Assembly (NCBI GenBank): GCA_963849325.1
Contig: CAWKHF010000012.1
Location: 928,001 to 992,000, forward strand
Direction of reading: 5' to 3'
DNA: 64,000 nt
Source: an uncultured Planctomycetota bacterium
Lineage (GTDB): Bacteria; Planctomycetota; Planctomycetia; Gemmatales; Gemmataceae
Position numbers and translations under genes: made by a program. Below, one piece after another: positions 42,512 through 53,225 of the stretch. Position 1 is the first letter of the stretch. Each line of letters starts with the position of its first letter. Under the pieces are notes generated by a model. That model was not told where the DNA came from and ran no database searches. It worked only from the letters and a program-made list of their open reading frames with translations.

Positions 42512-43335
42512 ATGAAACTCGGACTCATCAACTCGGCCTGGGCCCAGGCCGGACGCGACACCGCCTTCGGCATCCGCATGACCAAGGAGATCGGCTTCGA
42601 CACCATCGACATCTTCGCCGACCCGCTCGACCTCGACGCCCGCCAGCGCCGCGCTGATTCGCCGCGAGTGTACCCGCGCCGGCCTGCCGATCGTCAGTCT
42701 CGCTTGCGTGGCCGTCGGCCTGATCGACTTCAACTCCAGCGTGCAGCGCTTCCACCTCGAACGCTGCCGCCGTTATCTCGACCTGGCCTACGAATACGAG
42801 GCCAACAATGTGCTGCTCGTCCTGGGCGAGTACATCTGGGAGCGCCAGGTCATTCCGCCGGCCGAGCAGTGGCAGACCGGCGTCCGCAACGTCCGCGAGC
42901 TGGGCAAGTACGCCGCCGACCTCGGCCTGCGCATCGCCCTGGAGCTGGAGCCGTTTCAGGCTGTCGCTGGTCAACAACGTGGACACGATGCTGCGCTTCT
43001 TGCAGGACGTCGATCATCCGGCCGTGCAGGCCAACATCGACGTATCGCACCTGCAATTGTCGGGTACGGCGCCGGAGGAACTGCGGCGCCTGAAGGGCCG
43101 GGCGACGCACGTTCACCTGAGCGACTGCGACGGCAAGGTCCACGGCGACCTGCCGCCGGGCCGCGGCGTGGTGGACTTCGTGCCGTACCTGCGCGAAATC
43201 AAGGATCTGGGCATCGACGGCGCGGTCAGCATCGAGCTGGAGTATTCGCCGCAGCCGGAGCGCATCGTCGAGTGGGTGCGCGAGGCCTACGAGGCGACGG
43301 ATCGACTGATGCGTCAGGTGGGATTGCGCGGTTGA
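42512..43335 (+). CDS. Sugar-phosphate isomerase/epimerase (AP-endonuclease-2 TIM barrel; frameshifts near 42645 and 42958)
   Basis: IALELE, NIDVSH, HVHLSD, HGDLPPGRG, SIELE. Confidence 0.85.
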
Positions 43336-43338
43336 GGG

Positions 43339-43444
43339 CCAAACTCTTCCGAGCCTGAAGCGTAAGCGAAGAGCTTCGCTTACGCTTCAGGCTCGGAAGA
43401 GTTTGGAAGAGCTTCGCTTACGCTTCAGGCTCGGAAGAGTTTGG
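43339..43444. repeat. REP-like palindrome family B with a tandem duplication of the right arm
   Basis: 33-bp perfect IR at 43339-43406, then a 38-nt direct repeat at 43407-43444; second copy at 56863-56920. Confidence 0.85.
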
Positions 43445-43519
43445 ACGTTCGATTCCACTGCGGTGGTCCATCGCGTAAGATAGATCGACGAGGATTTCAC
43501 CCTGGTCCGGGGTCGAGTC

Positions 43520-46500
43520 GTGCACATCACCGCCGTCTGTCCGTTCTGTTCGACGAGCTACCAGGTGCAGCCCTCGCTGCGCGGACAATCGATCCGTTGT
43601 CCCAACTCGGCATGTCGCAAGATCTTCACGGTGACGGCCAACCTGCCCGCTTCGGAAGATTCATCCTCGCGGCTGCGAACGGTTCGGCCGGAGAGGCCGC
43701 CGGAGAATGGGCAGCGGTCCGGTTCGGTGGGCGAGATGGTGCCGATCCTGCCGGCCGAGCAGGTAGGGCCGGCGGACGCGGGCGGCGCGACCTCGCAACA
43801 CGTCTCGGACGTGTTGCCACTGATGCCGACGGAACAGGCCGAGTCCCGGCCGGCGGAAGGCGATTGGTGGCAACAAGCGCCCCCTGTGCGACAGAAGCCG
43901 TCGCACCCAGGCAGTCCTTCACCTCCCGCGGCGCCCGCCGAACCTGCTCCGGCGGCGTCCGGTCCCGCCGATGCCATCTGGTGGAGCAATGCCCCGTCGC
44001 CGGTGCGCACCCCTCAGGCCCGGCCGCAACCGCCCGCCGAACCGCCAACTCAAGCCGCTCCACCGCGACACAAGCAACCGCCTGCCGACGCGATCCCGGA
44101 CAAACGGGTGGAAGAACCACCTCCCCCCGCGGCGGAGAAGAAGCAGCCGATGCTCGCGCCTCCGCCGGATGGGACGGACCAGCCGCGCGAGCTGCCCCCC
44201 GGCGTGTGGGAACCGCCGCCGGTGCGCCGAGGCGCCGGCGAGACAGGACCATCTCCCGCGGCTGCGCCGGCCGAAGTCCACACGCCGCGCGTCAGCAAGC
44301 GCCGTGCCTGGCTGCTCGTCGTCCTCCTGCTCGTCGTTCCTCTCGGCGTCCTCGGCGGCGCCGGCTGGCTCATATGGAAGACCGTGCAGAAGAGCGAGGC
44401 GGAAGTCTTCGCCGACGCCAACGCCGAGTACGAACAGGGCCAGTACGGCAGCGCCGCCAGCAAGTTCGGCGAGCTGGCCGAGCGCTTTCCCAACAGCGAG
44501 CACGCGGCGGAGTATCACTTCCTGCACGAGTGGTCCAGCCTGTGCAGCGGTCTCGCCGATCCCGACGCCGAGCCGATCGCCGCCATCGCCAAGCTCGACC
44601 CCTTCATCAAGGATCACAAAAACGATCCCTTAATGGAACATTTTGGTCATGACGCGGGGCGGATGCTGCTCAAACTGGTGAAAGCATTCGCCGAGCGCAA
44701 CGGCAGCCCGACCGACGAGCAGCCTCTGGCCGCCGCCCAGCGCATCGAGCAGGTACGCCGAACGGTGGAAAGTCTCGGTCCCGAGGCGCTGACGAAACCG
44801 GAGAGCACGCAAATCGACGCGGACCTCGGCAAGGTCCGCGCGGCAGTGGCGCGCTGGCGCGAACGCCAGGACGTGCTCGTCCAGCTCCGCCTCGGCAAGG
44901 AAGCGCCGATGACCGCCATCCAGCGCGCCCAACTTCTGTTACAGCAAAAAGACCGCAAAAAGCCGGGGTTCAGCCAGGACGCCGACATCCAGGCGGCGCT
45001 GGCCCGGCTGTACGACGCGCACCAGGCCAGCGTCGTTTACCAGCCGGTTGCGGAAGCGCCGCTCATCGATAAATCCGCCCATGACACGGAGGACGACGCC
45101 CCGAGTCTGTTGTTCGCTCCGCTGCTGCCGACGGCTTCGCCTGGCAGCGCTGCCGAGAACGATCCGATCGTGCTGGCCCTGGTCCGCGGCGTCCTCTACG
45201 CCCTGCGGCGCAGCAACGGCGAGTTGAAGTGGGCGACGCGCGTCGGCATCGACACGACCGTCCTGCCGCAGCGTGTGCCGGCCTCGGCGGCCAGCCCCGA
45301 ACGTCTCCTCGTTCTGTCGGCCGACACCCATACGCTCACCGCCCTGGACACCGACGGCAATCCGCTGTGGGAGTACCATGTCGGTCAATCTGTCCTGGGC
45401 CGACCCGTCCTCATCGACCAGCGCGCCTACCTGGCCGCCTACGACGGTTGGGTCCACGAGATCGAGCTGTCTGGGGGCAAGCTGCTCGGCCGGTATCCGC
45501 TGGGTCAGCGGTTGACCTGCGGCGGCACCCGCGAGAACGGCAGCAAGCGTATCTATTTCCCGGCTGACGATTCGTGCATCTACGTCCTGGACGTGGGCGA
45601 GCAGCGCTGCGTCACCATCCTCTACGACGGCCATCCCAGCGGCTCGCTGTGCAGCGAACCGCTTATCATCCCCCCCGAAGGACCGAACGCGCCCGCTTAT
45701 CTCATCCTCAACCAGAGGCGCGGACTGGACGCCATGCGTTTGCGCGTGTTCGAGTTGCCGTTGCAGGATCGTCATGCCGCCGCCCTGACGCTCAACCCCG
45801 AACCGCGGATCAATGGCTGGACCTGGTTCGAGCCGCATCAGGACAGCGAAAAATTGGTGGTGCTCAGCGATGCCGGCATCCTCGGCCTGTTCGGCATTCG
45901 GCAGATCGGCAACCGCGACCAGGCGCTGTTTCCGCTGCTGCAACCGGGCGGATTGGACCTCTCTCCCTTCCTCCAGGCCGGGCCGGGCGGCGTGCGTGAG
46001 CGCGGCCGTTCACAGGTGGTACAGGTGCAAGGCGATGACCTGTGGGTGCTGGCGCACGGACGCTTGCAGCAGGTGCAGCTGCGCTGGAGCGCGGCGGCCG
46101 GGCCGCAAGCGGTACACGGTTGGCCGTCGCCGCGCCTGCTAGGTTCGCCGCTGCACGCCCCGCAGCGCGTCGAGGACCGTCGCACTGGACGCTCGACCTT
46201 CTACCTGGTCACGCAATCGCTGGAGCAACAGACGTGCATCGCCTCGGCGGTGGACGACGATGGCCGCATCCGCTGGCAGCGACAGCTTGGCCTGGTCTGC
46301 CAGGGAGAACCCTTGGCACTGACGCCGCCGCAGGGAGGACCGCCGCTGCTTTTGGCGCTGGACCAGGGCGGCGGCCTGTTCGTGCTGGACCCGCCACAGC
46401 CGCCGGATCGGCCGCGCTCCTCGTGGCGGAGCCTTGCCCCCGCCCTGAACGACAACCCGCGTCTGCCGCCGCGTCTCCTGCCGGCGCCCGATGGTCATTC

Positions 46501-47461
46501 CGCCTACGAGATCGCCGCACCCGGCGCGGGCAAGGCGTTGGTCATCCGGCAGGTTGAGTGGACCGCCGGCGAGCGCGGCCTGCGCGTTCAGCAGCGCGAG
46601 GTCTCGTTGGTGTCGGCGGCTGGGGTCGCATCGGCCCTCCCCGCCGGGACGCCGGCCGTTGTCGGCTCCTACCTGGTGCTGCCGATGGCCGACGGCAGCC
46701 TGGCGCGTCTGCCGCTGCCGGTGCCGGAGGAGCAGGCGCGGCTGGAGTCGGGTCCGGACTGGCGCTCGGCGCAAGCGTCCGCCGCCACGCCCGGCCACGT
46801 GCTAGCCCTGGGCGGTGATCGTTTCCTGATCACCGACGGCAGCCGCGGCCTGGCCGTGTGGGAGTGGCCGGCCGGCAAGGTCTTCCAGCCCTTGCCGGAG
46901 GGCCGCGACGTGCTGACGCGGGAACTGACCCACCTGATCGCGGCGCCGCCGGTCCTGCTGCCGCCCCGGCCGGGCCTGGCCCCGCGCGTACTCGTCGCCG
47001 ATTCCGCCGGCGTGCTCCACCTTTTCGGACTGGCCGCGGACGGCTCCCTGCAACCGGCGCGGACCTGGGACCTCAAGGGCAAGTGTACCGATGGCCCGTT
47101 CCTGCGCGAGCTGCCCGACGGGAGCGTTCGCGTCGGCTGTGTGCTCGATCAGCATCACCTGGTCTGGCTGGACCCGGCCGAGGCGGAGCCGCTGTGGACC
47201 TACCACCGCGACGGCGAGCCGATTGTCGGTCGGCCGCACGCTATCGAGAAGGTGCTGGTAGTCACACACCAGTCCGGCCGCTACGTCGGCCTCGATCCGT
47301 CCACCGGCGTGGCGAAGGGACCCGGCTACACACTGCGCGCCAGCGTCGTGCCGTCCGCCTCTCCCGTACCCTTCGGGCCGGATCGCCTGTTCGCTCCCCT
47401 TAGCGATGGCACGGCCTTGCTGCTGTCCGTCAAGCAGCTGCAAGGACCGCCGAAAAAATAA
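43520..47461 (+). CDS. Large Zn-ribbon / Pro-rich / TM / TPR-like / PQQ-like beta-propeller protein (1313 aa)
   Basis: CPFC...CPNSAC N-terminus, TM WLLVVLLLVVPLGVLGG, helical region, propeller W-motifs (GELKW, GNPLW, GRIRW). Confidence 0.8.
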   Translation: MHITAVCPFCSTSYQVQPSLRGQSIRCPNSACRKIFTVTANLPASEDSSSRLRTVRPERPPENGQRSGSVGEMVPILPAEQVGPADAGGATSQHVSDVLPLMPTEQAESRPAEGDWWQQAPPVRQKPSHPGSPSPPAAPAEPAPAASGPADAIWWSNAPSPVRTPQARPQPPAEPPTQAAPPRHKQPPADAIPDKRVEEPPPPAAEKKQPMLAPPPDGTDQPRELPPGVWEPPPVRRGAGETGPSPAAAPAEVHTPRVSKRRAWLLVVLLLVVPLGVLGGAGWLIWKTVQKSEAEVFADANAEYEQGQYGSAASKFGELAERFPNSEHAAEYHFLHEWSSLCSGLADPDAEPIAAIAKLDPFIKDHKNDPLMEHFGHDAGRMLLKLVKAFAERNGSPTDEQPLAAAQRIEQVRRTVESLGPEALTKPESTQIDADLGKVRAAVARWRERQDVLVQLRLGKEAPMTAIQRAQLLLQQKDRKKPGFSQDADIQAALARLYDAHQASVVYQPVAEAPLIDKSAHDTEDDAPSLLFAPLLPTASPGSAAENDPIVLALVRGVLYALRRSNGELKWATRVGIDTTVLPQRVPASAASPERLLVLSADTHTLTALDTDGNPLWEYHVGQSVLGRPVLIDQRAYLAAYDGWVHEIELSGGKLLGRYPLGQRLTCGGTRENGSKRIYFPADDSCIYVLDVGEQRCVTILYDGHPSGSLCSEPLIIPPEGPNAPAYLILNQRRGLDAMRLRVFELPLQDRHAAALTLNPEPRINGWTWFEPHQDSEKLVVLSDAGILGLFGIRQIGNRDQALFPLLQPGGLDLSPFLQAGPGGVRERGRSQVVQVQGDDLWVLAHGRLQQVQLRWSAAAGPQAVHGWPSPRLLGSPLHAPQRVEDRRTGRSTFYLVTQSLEQQTCIASAVDDDGRIRWQRQLGLVCQGEPLALTPPQGGPPLLLALDQGGGLFVLDPPQPPDRPRSSWRSLAPALNDNPRLPPRLLPAPDGHSAYEIAAPGAGKALVIRQVEWTAGERGLRVQQREVSLVSAAGVASALPAGTPAVVGSYLVLPMADGSLARLPLPVPEEQARLESGPDWRSAQASAATPGHVLALGGDRFLITDGSRGLAVWEWPAGKVFQPLPEGRDVLTRELTHLIAAPPVLLPPRPGLAPRVLVADSAGVLHLFGLAADGSLQPARTWDLKGKCTDGPFLRELPDGSVRVGCVLDQHHLVWLDPAEAEPLWTYHRDGEPIVGRPHAIEKVLVVTHQSGRYVGLDPSTGVAKGPGYTLRASVVPSASPVPFGPDRLFAPLSDGTALLLSVKQLQGPPKK

Positions 47462-47486
47462 CCGCACGGAAGAAAACCTCCACGCG

Positions 47487-48158
47487 ATGTCGAAGCACTG
47501 GGAACGCGACCTGGACAACCTGCAGCGCCATTTGATGGACCTCGCCACCTCCGTCGAGGAAGCCATCTTCAAGTGTACGCGCGCCTTGCAGGAGCGCAAC
47601 ACCGCCCTGGCCCGCGAAGTGGTGGACGGCGACTCGGCCATCGATCAGGAAGAGAACTACGTCGAGAACGAATGTCTGAAAATGCTGGCCCTGCACCAGC
47701 CGGTGGCCATTGATCTGCGCCGCATCATCGCGGCGCTGAAGATCAACACCGACCTGGAGCGCATGGCCGACCTGGCCGTCAACATCGCCGAGCGCGCCCT
47801 CAGCCTGGCCGACCTGCCGCGCATCGCCGTGCCGGATCGCTTGCAGCGCATGACCGACCTGACGACGTCGATGGTCCGCCAGAGCCTCGATGCCTTCGTC
47901 CTGCTCAACGCCGACCAGGCCCGCCAGATCATCCGTCTCGACGACGAGGTGGACCGCTACAACCGCGAGATCATCGCCGAGCTGATCGGCCACATGCAGC
48001 GGACGGCGGAATTGGTGCCGGCCTTCATGGCCTTCTTCTCGGCCGTGCGCCAGTTGGAACGCATCGCCGATCATGCTACCAACATCGCCGAGGACGTGGT
48101 TTACCTCATCGAAGGCGAGATCATCCGCCACCATCCGATGAGCAACGACCGCGCCTGA
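47487..48158 (+). CDS. phoU: Phosphate signalling protein PhoU
   Basis: LALHQPVAIDLR, DLERMADLA, DDEVD, LERIADHATNIAE. Confidence 0.95.
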   Translation: MSKHWERDLDNLQRHLMDLATSVEEAIFKCTRALQERNTALAREVVDGDSAIDQEENYVENECLKMLALHQPVAIDLRRIIAALKINTDLERMADLAVNIAERALSLADLPRIAVPDRLQRMTDLTTSMVRQSLDAFVLLNADQARQIIRLDDEVDRYNREIIAELIGHMQRTAELVPAFMAFFSAVRQLERIADHATNIAEDVVYLIEGEIIRHHPMSNDRA

Positions 48159-48165
48159 AAAGCTG

Positions 48166-48287
48166 ACAAAAAGAGCCTCACGCAAAGGCGCAAAGAACGC
48201 AAAGAAAGACAACTTGCCGTGAGTCGCTTTGATCTTCCTTCTCTTTTCCTTTGCGTTCTTTGCGCCTTTGCGTGAGGCTCTTTTTGT
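48166..48287. repeat. 39-bp perfect inverted repeat built from 9-nt units (CGCAAAG core)
   Basis: ACAAAAAGAGCCTCACGCAAAGGCGCAAAGAACGCAAAG at 48166-48204; exact complement at 48249-48287. Confidence 0.9.
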
Positions 48288-48322
48288 AAAATGAAAAAAC
48301 CTCTTTCGCAAGGAGAAGCGCC

Positions 48323-49735
48323 ATGCCGCTGTCACGCTGCTTCCTGCCCGTGGCGATCCTGTTGTTCGCGCCACTGTCGTTGTGTCGGGCGGACGCGCCG
48401 CCGAACCTCGTCTGGATCGTCGGCGAGGACATGGGACCGGAACTCGGCTGTTACGGCGACGCCGACGCCATTACGCCGAACATGGACCGCCTGGCCTCTC
48501 AGGGGGCGCGCTTCACACGTTGTTTCACGCACGCGCCGGTCTGCGCTCCCAGCCGTTCCGGACTCATCACCGGCCGCTATCCCACCAGCATCGGCACGCA
48601 CCACATGCGTTCGCGGCTGCTCAAGCCGCCGCCGCTGTTCACCGATTACCTGAAAAAAGCCGGCTATACCATCGCCTGGCCGACGAGGACGGCCCACGGC
48701 AAGACCGACTTCAACTTCGCGCTGCCGCCCAAAGCCTTCGACGTCACGACGGAGTGGACCAAGGACATCCCGAAGCAGCCGTTCTTCGGCTTCTACAACA
48801 TCCTCACCAGTCACGAGAGCCAGATTCGTGCTCCGGCGGCGCAATTCGCCAGGAACACCGAGCGCCTCAAGCCGTCGGAGCGCCGCGACCCGGCGAAGAT
48901 GAAACTGCCGGCCTACTATCCCGACACGCCGGAGGTGCGCCGCGATCTGGCCAATTATTACGAGCTGGTCACGGCCGTCGATTACCAGGTCGGCGTCGTC
49001 CTCGACGCCCTGGAGAAAGCCGGCCTCGCCGACAACACCGTCGTTCTCTTGACCGGCGATCACGGCCGCGGTCTGCCGCGCAGCAAGCGCTGGGTTTACA
49101 ACCAGGGTACCCACGTCCCGTTGATCGTCCGCTGGCCCAACCACGTCAAGCCCGGCAGCGTGCGCGACGACCTCGTGTGCTTCCTCGATTTCGCTCCAAC
49201 CATGCTGGCGCTGGCCGGGGCGGACATTCCTAAGGAGATGCAAGGGCAAGTCATCCTTGGACCCAGGACGGCGCCCGAGCGCAAATACGTCTTCGCCGCC
49301 CGCGATCGCATGGACGAGACCCCCGACCGCATCCGCGGCGTGCGGGACAAACATTTCCAGTACGTCCGCAATTTCCATCCCGAGTTGCCCTATGCGCAGC
49401 GCGTCGCCTATGGGGAATTGATGCCGACCATGAAGGTCTGGCGCAAGCTCAACGCCGAGGGCAAGCTGAACGATGTGCAGAAGCAGTTCTTCGCGCCGAC
49501 CAAGCCGCGTGAGGAACTCTACGACGTGGACGCCGACCCCGACGAGGTCCACAATCTGGCCGGCGACCCGAAATACAAGGCGAAACTCGACGAGCTGCGC
49601 GCCGCCCTCGATCGCTGGCTGACCGAGACGAACGACCTCGGCGCCATCCCCGAACGCGAACTGATCGAGAAGGGTCTGGTGGCCGACAGTCTATCGCAGT
49701 ACGAGAAGCGGAAGGACAAAAGCCCTCCCAAATAA
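48323..49735 (+). CDS. Sulfatase (formylglycine-dependent)
   Basis: PNLVWIVGED, CAPSRSGLITGRY, GDHG, signal peptide. Confidence 0.92.
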   Translation: MPLSRCFLPVAILLFAPLSLCRADAPPNLVWIVGEDMGPELGCYGDADAITPNMDRLASQGARFTRCFTHAPVCAPSRSGLITGRYPTSIGTHHMRSRLLKPPPLFTDYLKKAGYTIAWPTRTAHGKTDFNFALPPKAFDVTTEWTKDIPKQPFFGFYNILTSHESQIRAPAAQFARNTERLKPSERRDPAKMKLPAYYPDTPEVRRDLANYYELVTAVDYQVGVVLDALEKAGLADNTVVLLTGDHGRGLPRSKRWVYNQGTHVPLIVRWPNHVKPGSVRDDLVCFLDFAPTMLALAGADIPKEMQGQVILGPRTAPERKYVFAARDRMDETPDRIRGVRDKHFQYVRNFHPELPYAQRVAYGELMPTMKVWRKLNAEGKLNDVQKQFFAPTKPREELYDVDADPDEVHNLAGDPKYKAKLDELRAALDRWLTETNDLGAIPERELIEKGLVADSLSQYEKRKDKSPPK

Positions 49736-49765
49736 CGATTGATCCGATCTTGTGAGGAAGCGACC

Positions 49766-51523
49766 ATGAACTCGCGCCGCCGACTGTTCGCGCTCGTCTG
49801 TCTCGCCATGGTGATGCCCGCCGCTCGTTGCGCGGCCGCCGAGGAACGGGCGGCGAAGCGTCCCAACGTCATCATCGTCCTGAGCGACGATCAAGGGTAC
49901 GGCGATTTCTCCTGCCACGGCAACCCGGTGCTGCGGACGCCGAACCTCGACAAACTGCACGACCAGGGCATTCGCCTGACCGACTTCCACGTCGCCCCCA
50001 TGTGTACGCCGACGCGCGGCCAACTCATGACCGGCCTGGACGGCCTGCACAGCGGCGCCACCTCGGTCTGTGCCGGGCGTTCGTTCATCCGTCGCGGCAT
50101 CCCGACGATGGCGGAGATCTTCGCCGCCAACGGCTATCGCACCGGCCACTTCGGCAAGTGGCACCTGGGTGACAGTTATCCCAATCTGCCGCAACAGCGC
50201 GGCTTTCAGGAGACGGTTTACTTCCTCGGCTGGGGCATCACGTCGATGGCCGACCTGTGGCAGAACGATTGTTTCGATGGCCGCTTCCGCCACAACGGCG
50301 TCCTGCGGCAATACAAGGGCTACTGCACCGACGTTTGGTTCGACCTGGCGATGAACTGGATGCGACAGTGCCGGCAGAAGCACGAGCCGTTCTTCGTCTA
50401 CCTGCCGACCAACGCGGCGCACGGGCCGCACTGGGTCCCCGACAAGTACAAGCAACCGTACAAGGGCCGAGGCCCGGCCGGTTTCTTCGGCATGATCGCC
50501 AACCTCGACGAGAACATGGGCCGGCTCGACGCCTTCCTGCGGGAGACCGGCCTGCGCGATGACACCCTGCTGATCTTTTTCAACGACAACGGCGGCACCG
50601 CCGGCGTCAACCTGTTCAACGCCGGCATGCGTGGTCACAAGACGGAGTATTACGAGGGCGGCCATCGCGCCGCCTGCTTCCTGCGCTGGCCGGCCGGCGG
50701 TCTGCGCCGCCCCGCCGACCTGAACGCCCTCACCGAGGTCCAGGACTTGTTGCCCACGCTCATCGACCTGTGCGGCTTGAAGCAGCCGAAGGCAGCGCGG
50801 TTCGACGGCGTCAGTCTCGCCCCTCTGCTGACCGGCAAGACCGACACGCTGCCCGAGCGGATGCTCGTCGTGCAGTACGGCCAGCGCCCGCTGAAATGGG
50901 ATGGTGCCGTCCTGTGGGACCACTGGCGGCTGGTCAAGGGCGAGGAGTTGTACGACCTCCGCAACGATCCGGGCCAGAAGAAGAACGTCCGCGCCGACCA
51001 TCCCGACGTTCTCCGCAAGATGCGCGATCATTACGACAAGTGGTGGGCGAAAGTGGAGCCGACGATTGACGATTTCAGTCCCATCAGCATCGGCGCGGAG
51101 GCGGAAAATCCGGTTTGCCTGTCGGCGGCCGACTGGGCCAACGTCTATTGCGACAACATGAACGATCTTCGCCTGGGGCGGGACCGTAACGGACCCTGGC
51201 ACCTCCAGGTCGAGAAGGATGGGACTTACGAGATCGCTTTACGTCGTTGGCCGAAAGAGGCCGATGCCGCCATCGCCGCCGGCGTGCCCGCCTTCAAGGC
51301 CGTGGACGGCGGTCTGCCCGCCGGCAGAGCGCTGCCGATCGTCCGCGCCCGCCTGAAGATCGCCGCGATGGACGAAATGAAGCCCGTCGCGGCCGGAGAC
51401 AAGGAAGTGATGTTCGTGGTGAAACTGAAGGGCGGGACGCGCACGCCGATGCAAACGTGGTTCTACGACGCCGACGGCAAGGAACTGTGCGGAGCGTACT
51501 TCGTCTACGTTCGGCGCAAATAG
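49766..51523 (+). CDS. Arylsulfatase
   Basis: PNVIIVLSDDQGYGD, CTPTRGQLMTG, GKWHLG, NDNG. Confidence 0.92.
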   Translation: MNSRRRLFALVCLAMVMPAARCAAAEERAAKRPNVIIVLSDDQGYGDFSCHGNPVLRTPNLDKLHDQGIRLTDFHVAPMCTPTRGQLMTGLDGLHSGATSVCAGRSFIRRGIPTMAEIFAANGYRTGHFGKWHLGDSYPNLPQQRGFQETVYFLGWGITSMADLWQNDCFDGRFRHNGVLRQYKGYCTDVWFDLAMNWMRQCRQKHEPFFVYLPTNAAHGPHWVPDKYKQPYKGRGPAGFFGMIANLDENMGRLDAFLRETGLRDDTLLIFFNDNGGTAGVNLFNAGMRGHKTEYYEGGHRAACFLRWPAGGLRRPADLNALTEVQDLLPTLIDLCGLKQPKAARFDGVSLAPLLTGKTDTLPERMLVVQYGQRPLKWDGAVLWDHWRLVKGEELYDLRNDPGQKKNVRADHPDVLRKMRDHYDKWWAKVEPTIDDFSPISIGAEAENPVCLSAADWANVYCDNMNDLRLGRDRNGPWHLQVEKDGTYEIALRRWPKEADAAIAAGVPAFKAVDGGLPAGRALPIVRARLKIAAMDEMKPVAAGDKEVMFVVKLKGGTRTPMQTWFYDADGKELCGAYFVYVRRK

Positions 51524-51539
51524 AGGGAGTTGTTGCAAC

Positions 51540-52767
51540 ATGTCGCACGCCACGAGACTCGTCCGTTGCCTGGGCGTTCTTTTCGGCGTTGCCGGCGTCG
51601 CCGCCGATTGGCCGCAATTCCTCGGACCCGAGCGCAACGGCGTCTCGACCGAGACCGGCCTGCTGCAAACGTGGGATGCCAAGGGACCGCCGCTGCTGTG
51701 GCAAAAGAACGTCGGCGAAGGCTACAGCGCTCCGGTGATCGCCGGCGAGCGCCTCGTCCTGTTCCATCGTCTCGACAACGAGGAGGTCGTGGAGTGCCTC
51801 GACGCCGCGACCGGCAAGGACATCTGGAAACACACCCACCCCACGAGGTACGAGGACCCGCTCGGCAAGGGCAACGGCCCCCGTTCGACGCCACTGGTCG
51901 CCGGCGGTCGCGTCTACACTCTCAGCCCTGGCGGCCTGCTCCTGTGTCTGAACCTGGCCGACGGCAAGAAGGTTTGGCAGCGTGCCTTGCTGGAAGATTA
52001 CGCGGTGCCGCCGAGCTTTTTCGGCGTCGGCACGTCGCCGATCCTCGAAGGAGATCGGCTGCTGGTCAACGTCGGCGCCAGGGACGCCGGCATCGTCGCC
52101 TTCGACAAGGACAGCGGCAAGGAAGTCTGGAAGGCCACCGGCGACGGCGCCAGCTATTCCTCGCCGGTTTCCGCCACCATCGACGGCGTGCGTCAAGTGA
52201 TCTTCTTCACGCGCCAGGGTATCGTTTCCCTCGATCCGGCTACGGGCGCCGTCCTCTTTAGCAAACGCTGGCGTTCGCGCATGAACGCCTCGGTCAACGC
52301 CGCGACGCCCGTTGTGGTGGGCGATCGACTCTTTTTCACCGCCTGCTATGACACGGGCGCGATCCTGGTTCGCGCGAAGAAGGACCGCATCGAGGAGCTA
52401 TGGAGCAACGACCGCAGTCTGTCGTGTCACTTCGGCACGCCGATCTACCACGACGGTTGCCTGTACGGCTTCCACGGCCGGCAAGAAACGGGCACCGAGA
52501 TGCGCTGCGTCGATCTCCAGACGGGACAAGTTCGCTGGAGCAAGGACGGCTTCGGCTGCGGCGCGATGATCCTGGCCGAGGGCAACTTGATCGTCCTCAG
52601 CGAGAGCGGTGAGCTGGTGCTGGTCGAGTGCAAGAGCGATCCGTACCGCGAGAAGGCGCGGGCGACGGTGCTGACGGGGCCATGCTGCGCCCGACATGGC
52701 GCTGGCGAATGGACGCTTGTATGCGCGAGATAACAGGAAATTGGTGTGCTGGAAGGTGAAGAAGTAG
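51540..52767 (+). CDS. PQQ-like beta-propeller (BamB-like) protein (frameshift near 52688)
   Basis: ADWPQFLGP.RNG, GYSAP, GPRSTP, repeated D..TG...W. Confidence 0.88.
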
Positions 52768-52798
52768 AGGGGAGTAAATCGGGTTTATAATCAAGGAA

Positions 52799-53194
52799 GT
52801 GGAGTTGCAGCAACGTGCGCGAACGGATGAAGAGGAGATCGATCTTATCCGGAGCGTCCCGACGCATCACGCGACGGTGGGGAAGCCGCCTCAAGGAGCG
52901 AAAGTCCTTCACACGGATCCCCATGGCAAATGGGTGATCTTTGAAGATGCAGCGGGCATAAAGAAAATCCAGTTCGACGTGACTGCGGCGAGCAATTTGG
53001 CAAAGGGTCCTCTCGGTCCCGGTACAGGATCGCCGCAAACGGGAACGGCCGTTGGCCCAGATGGAAAGGTCGTTGTCGTGGAGGGGATGCACAGGCTTGA
53101 GGCGGCTCAGGCGGGAGCGCGGATTCCCTCAGGACAAGGCGGCATTCCTGGTCTAGCGGGCTGGCTCGAATACGACGTGTGGCCGCGGAATTGA
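52799..53194 (+). CDS. ParB/sulfiredoxin-like domain fragment (candidate orphan toxin tip)
   Basis: VVVVEGMHRLEAA resembles the ParB-N (D/E)GxHR motif; no clear RBS; atypical composition. Confidence 0.45.
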   Translation: MELQQRARTDEEEIDLIRSVPTHHATVGKPPQGAKVLHTDPHGKWVIFEDAAGIKKIQFDVTAASNLAKGPLGPGTGSPQTGTAVGPDGKVVVVEGMHRLEAAQAGARIPSGQGGIPGLAGWLEYDVWPRN

Positions 53195-53225
53195 AGTGCG
53201 CTAACTTCAGCCGAAGGGTTGCAAC

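Noticed and set aside
43339-43444. Possible mini CRISPR array (38-nt direct repeat)
   Set aside because: The repeats are adjacent with no spacer, they are part of a palindrome found again at 56863, and no cas genes are present.
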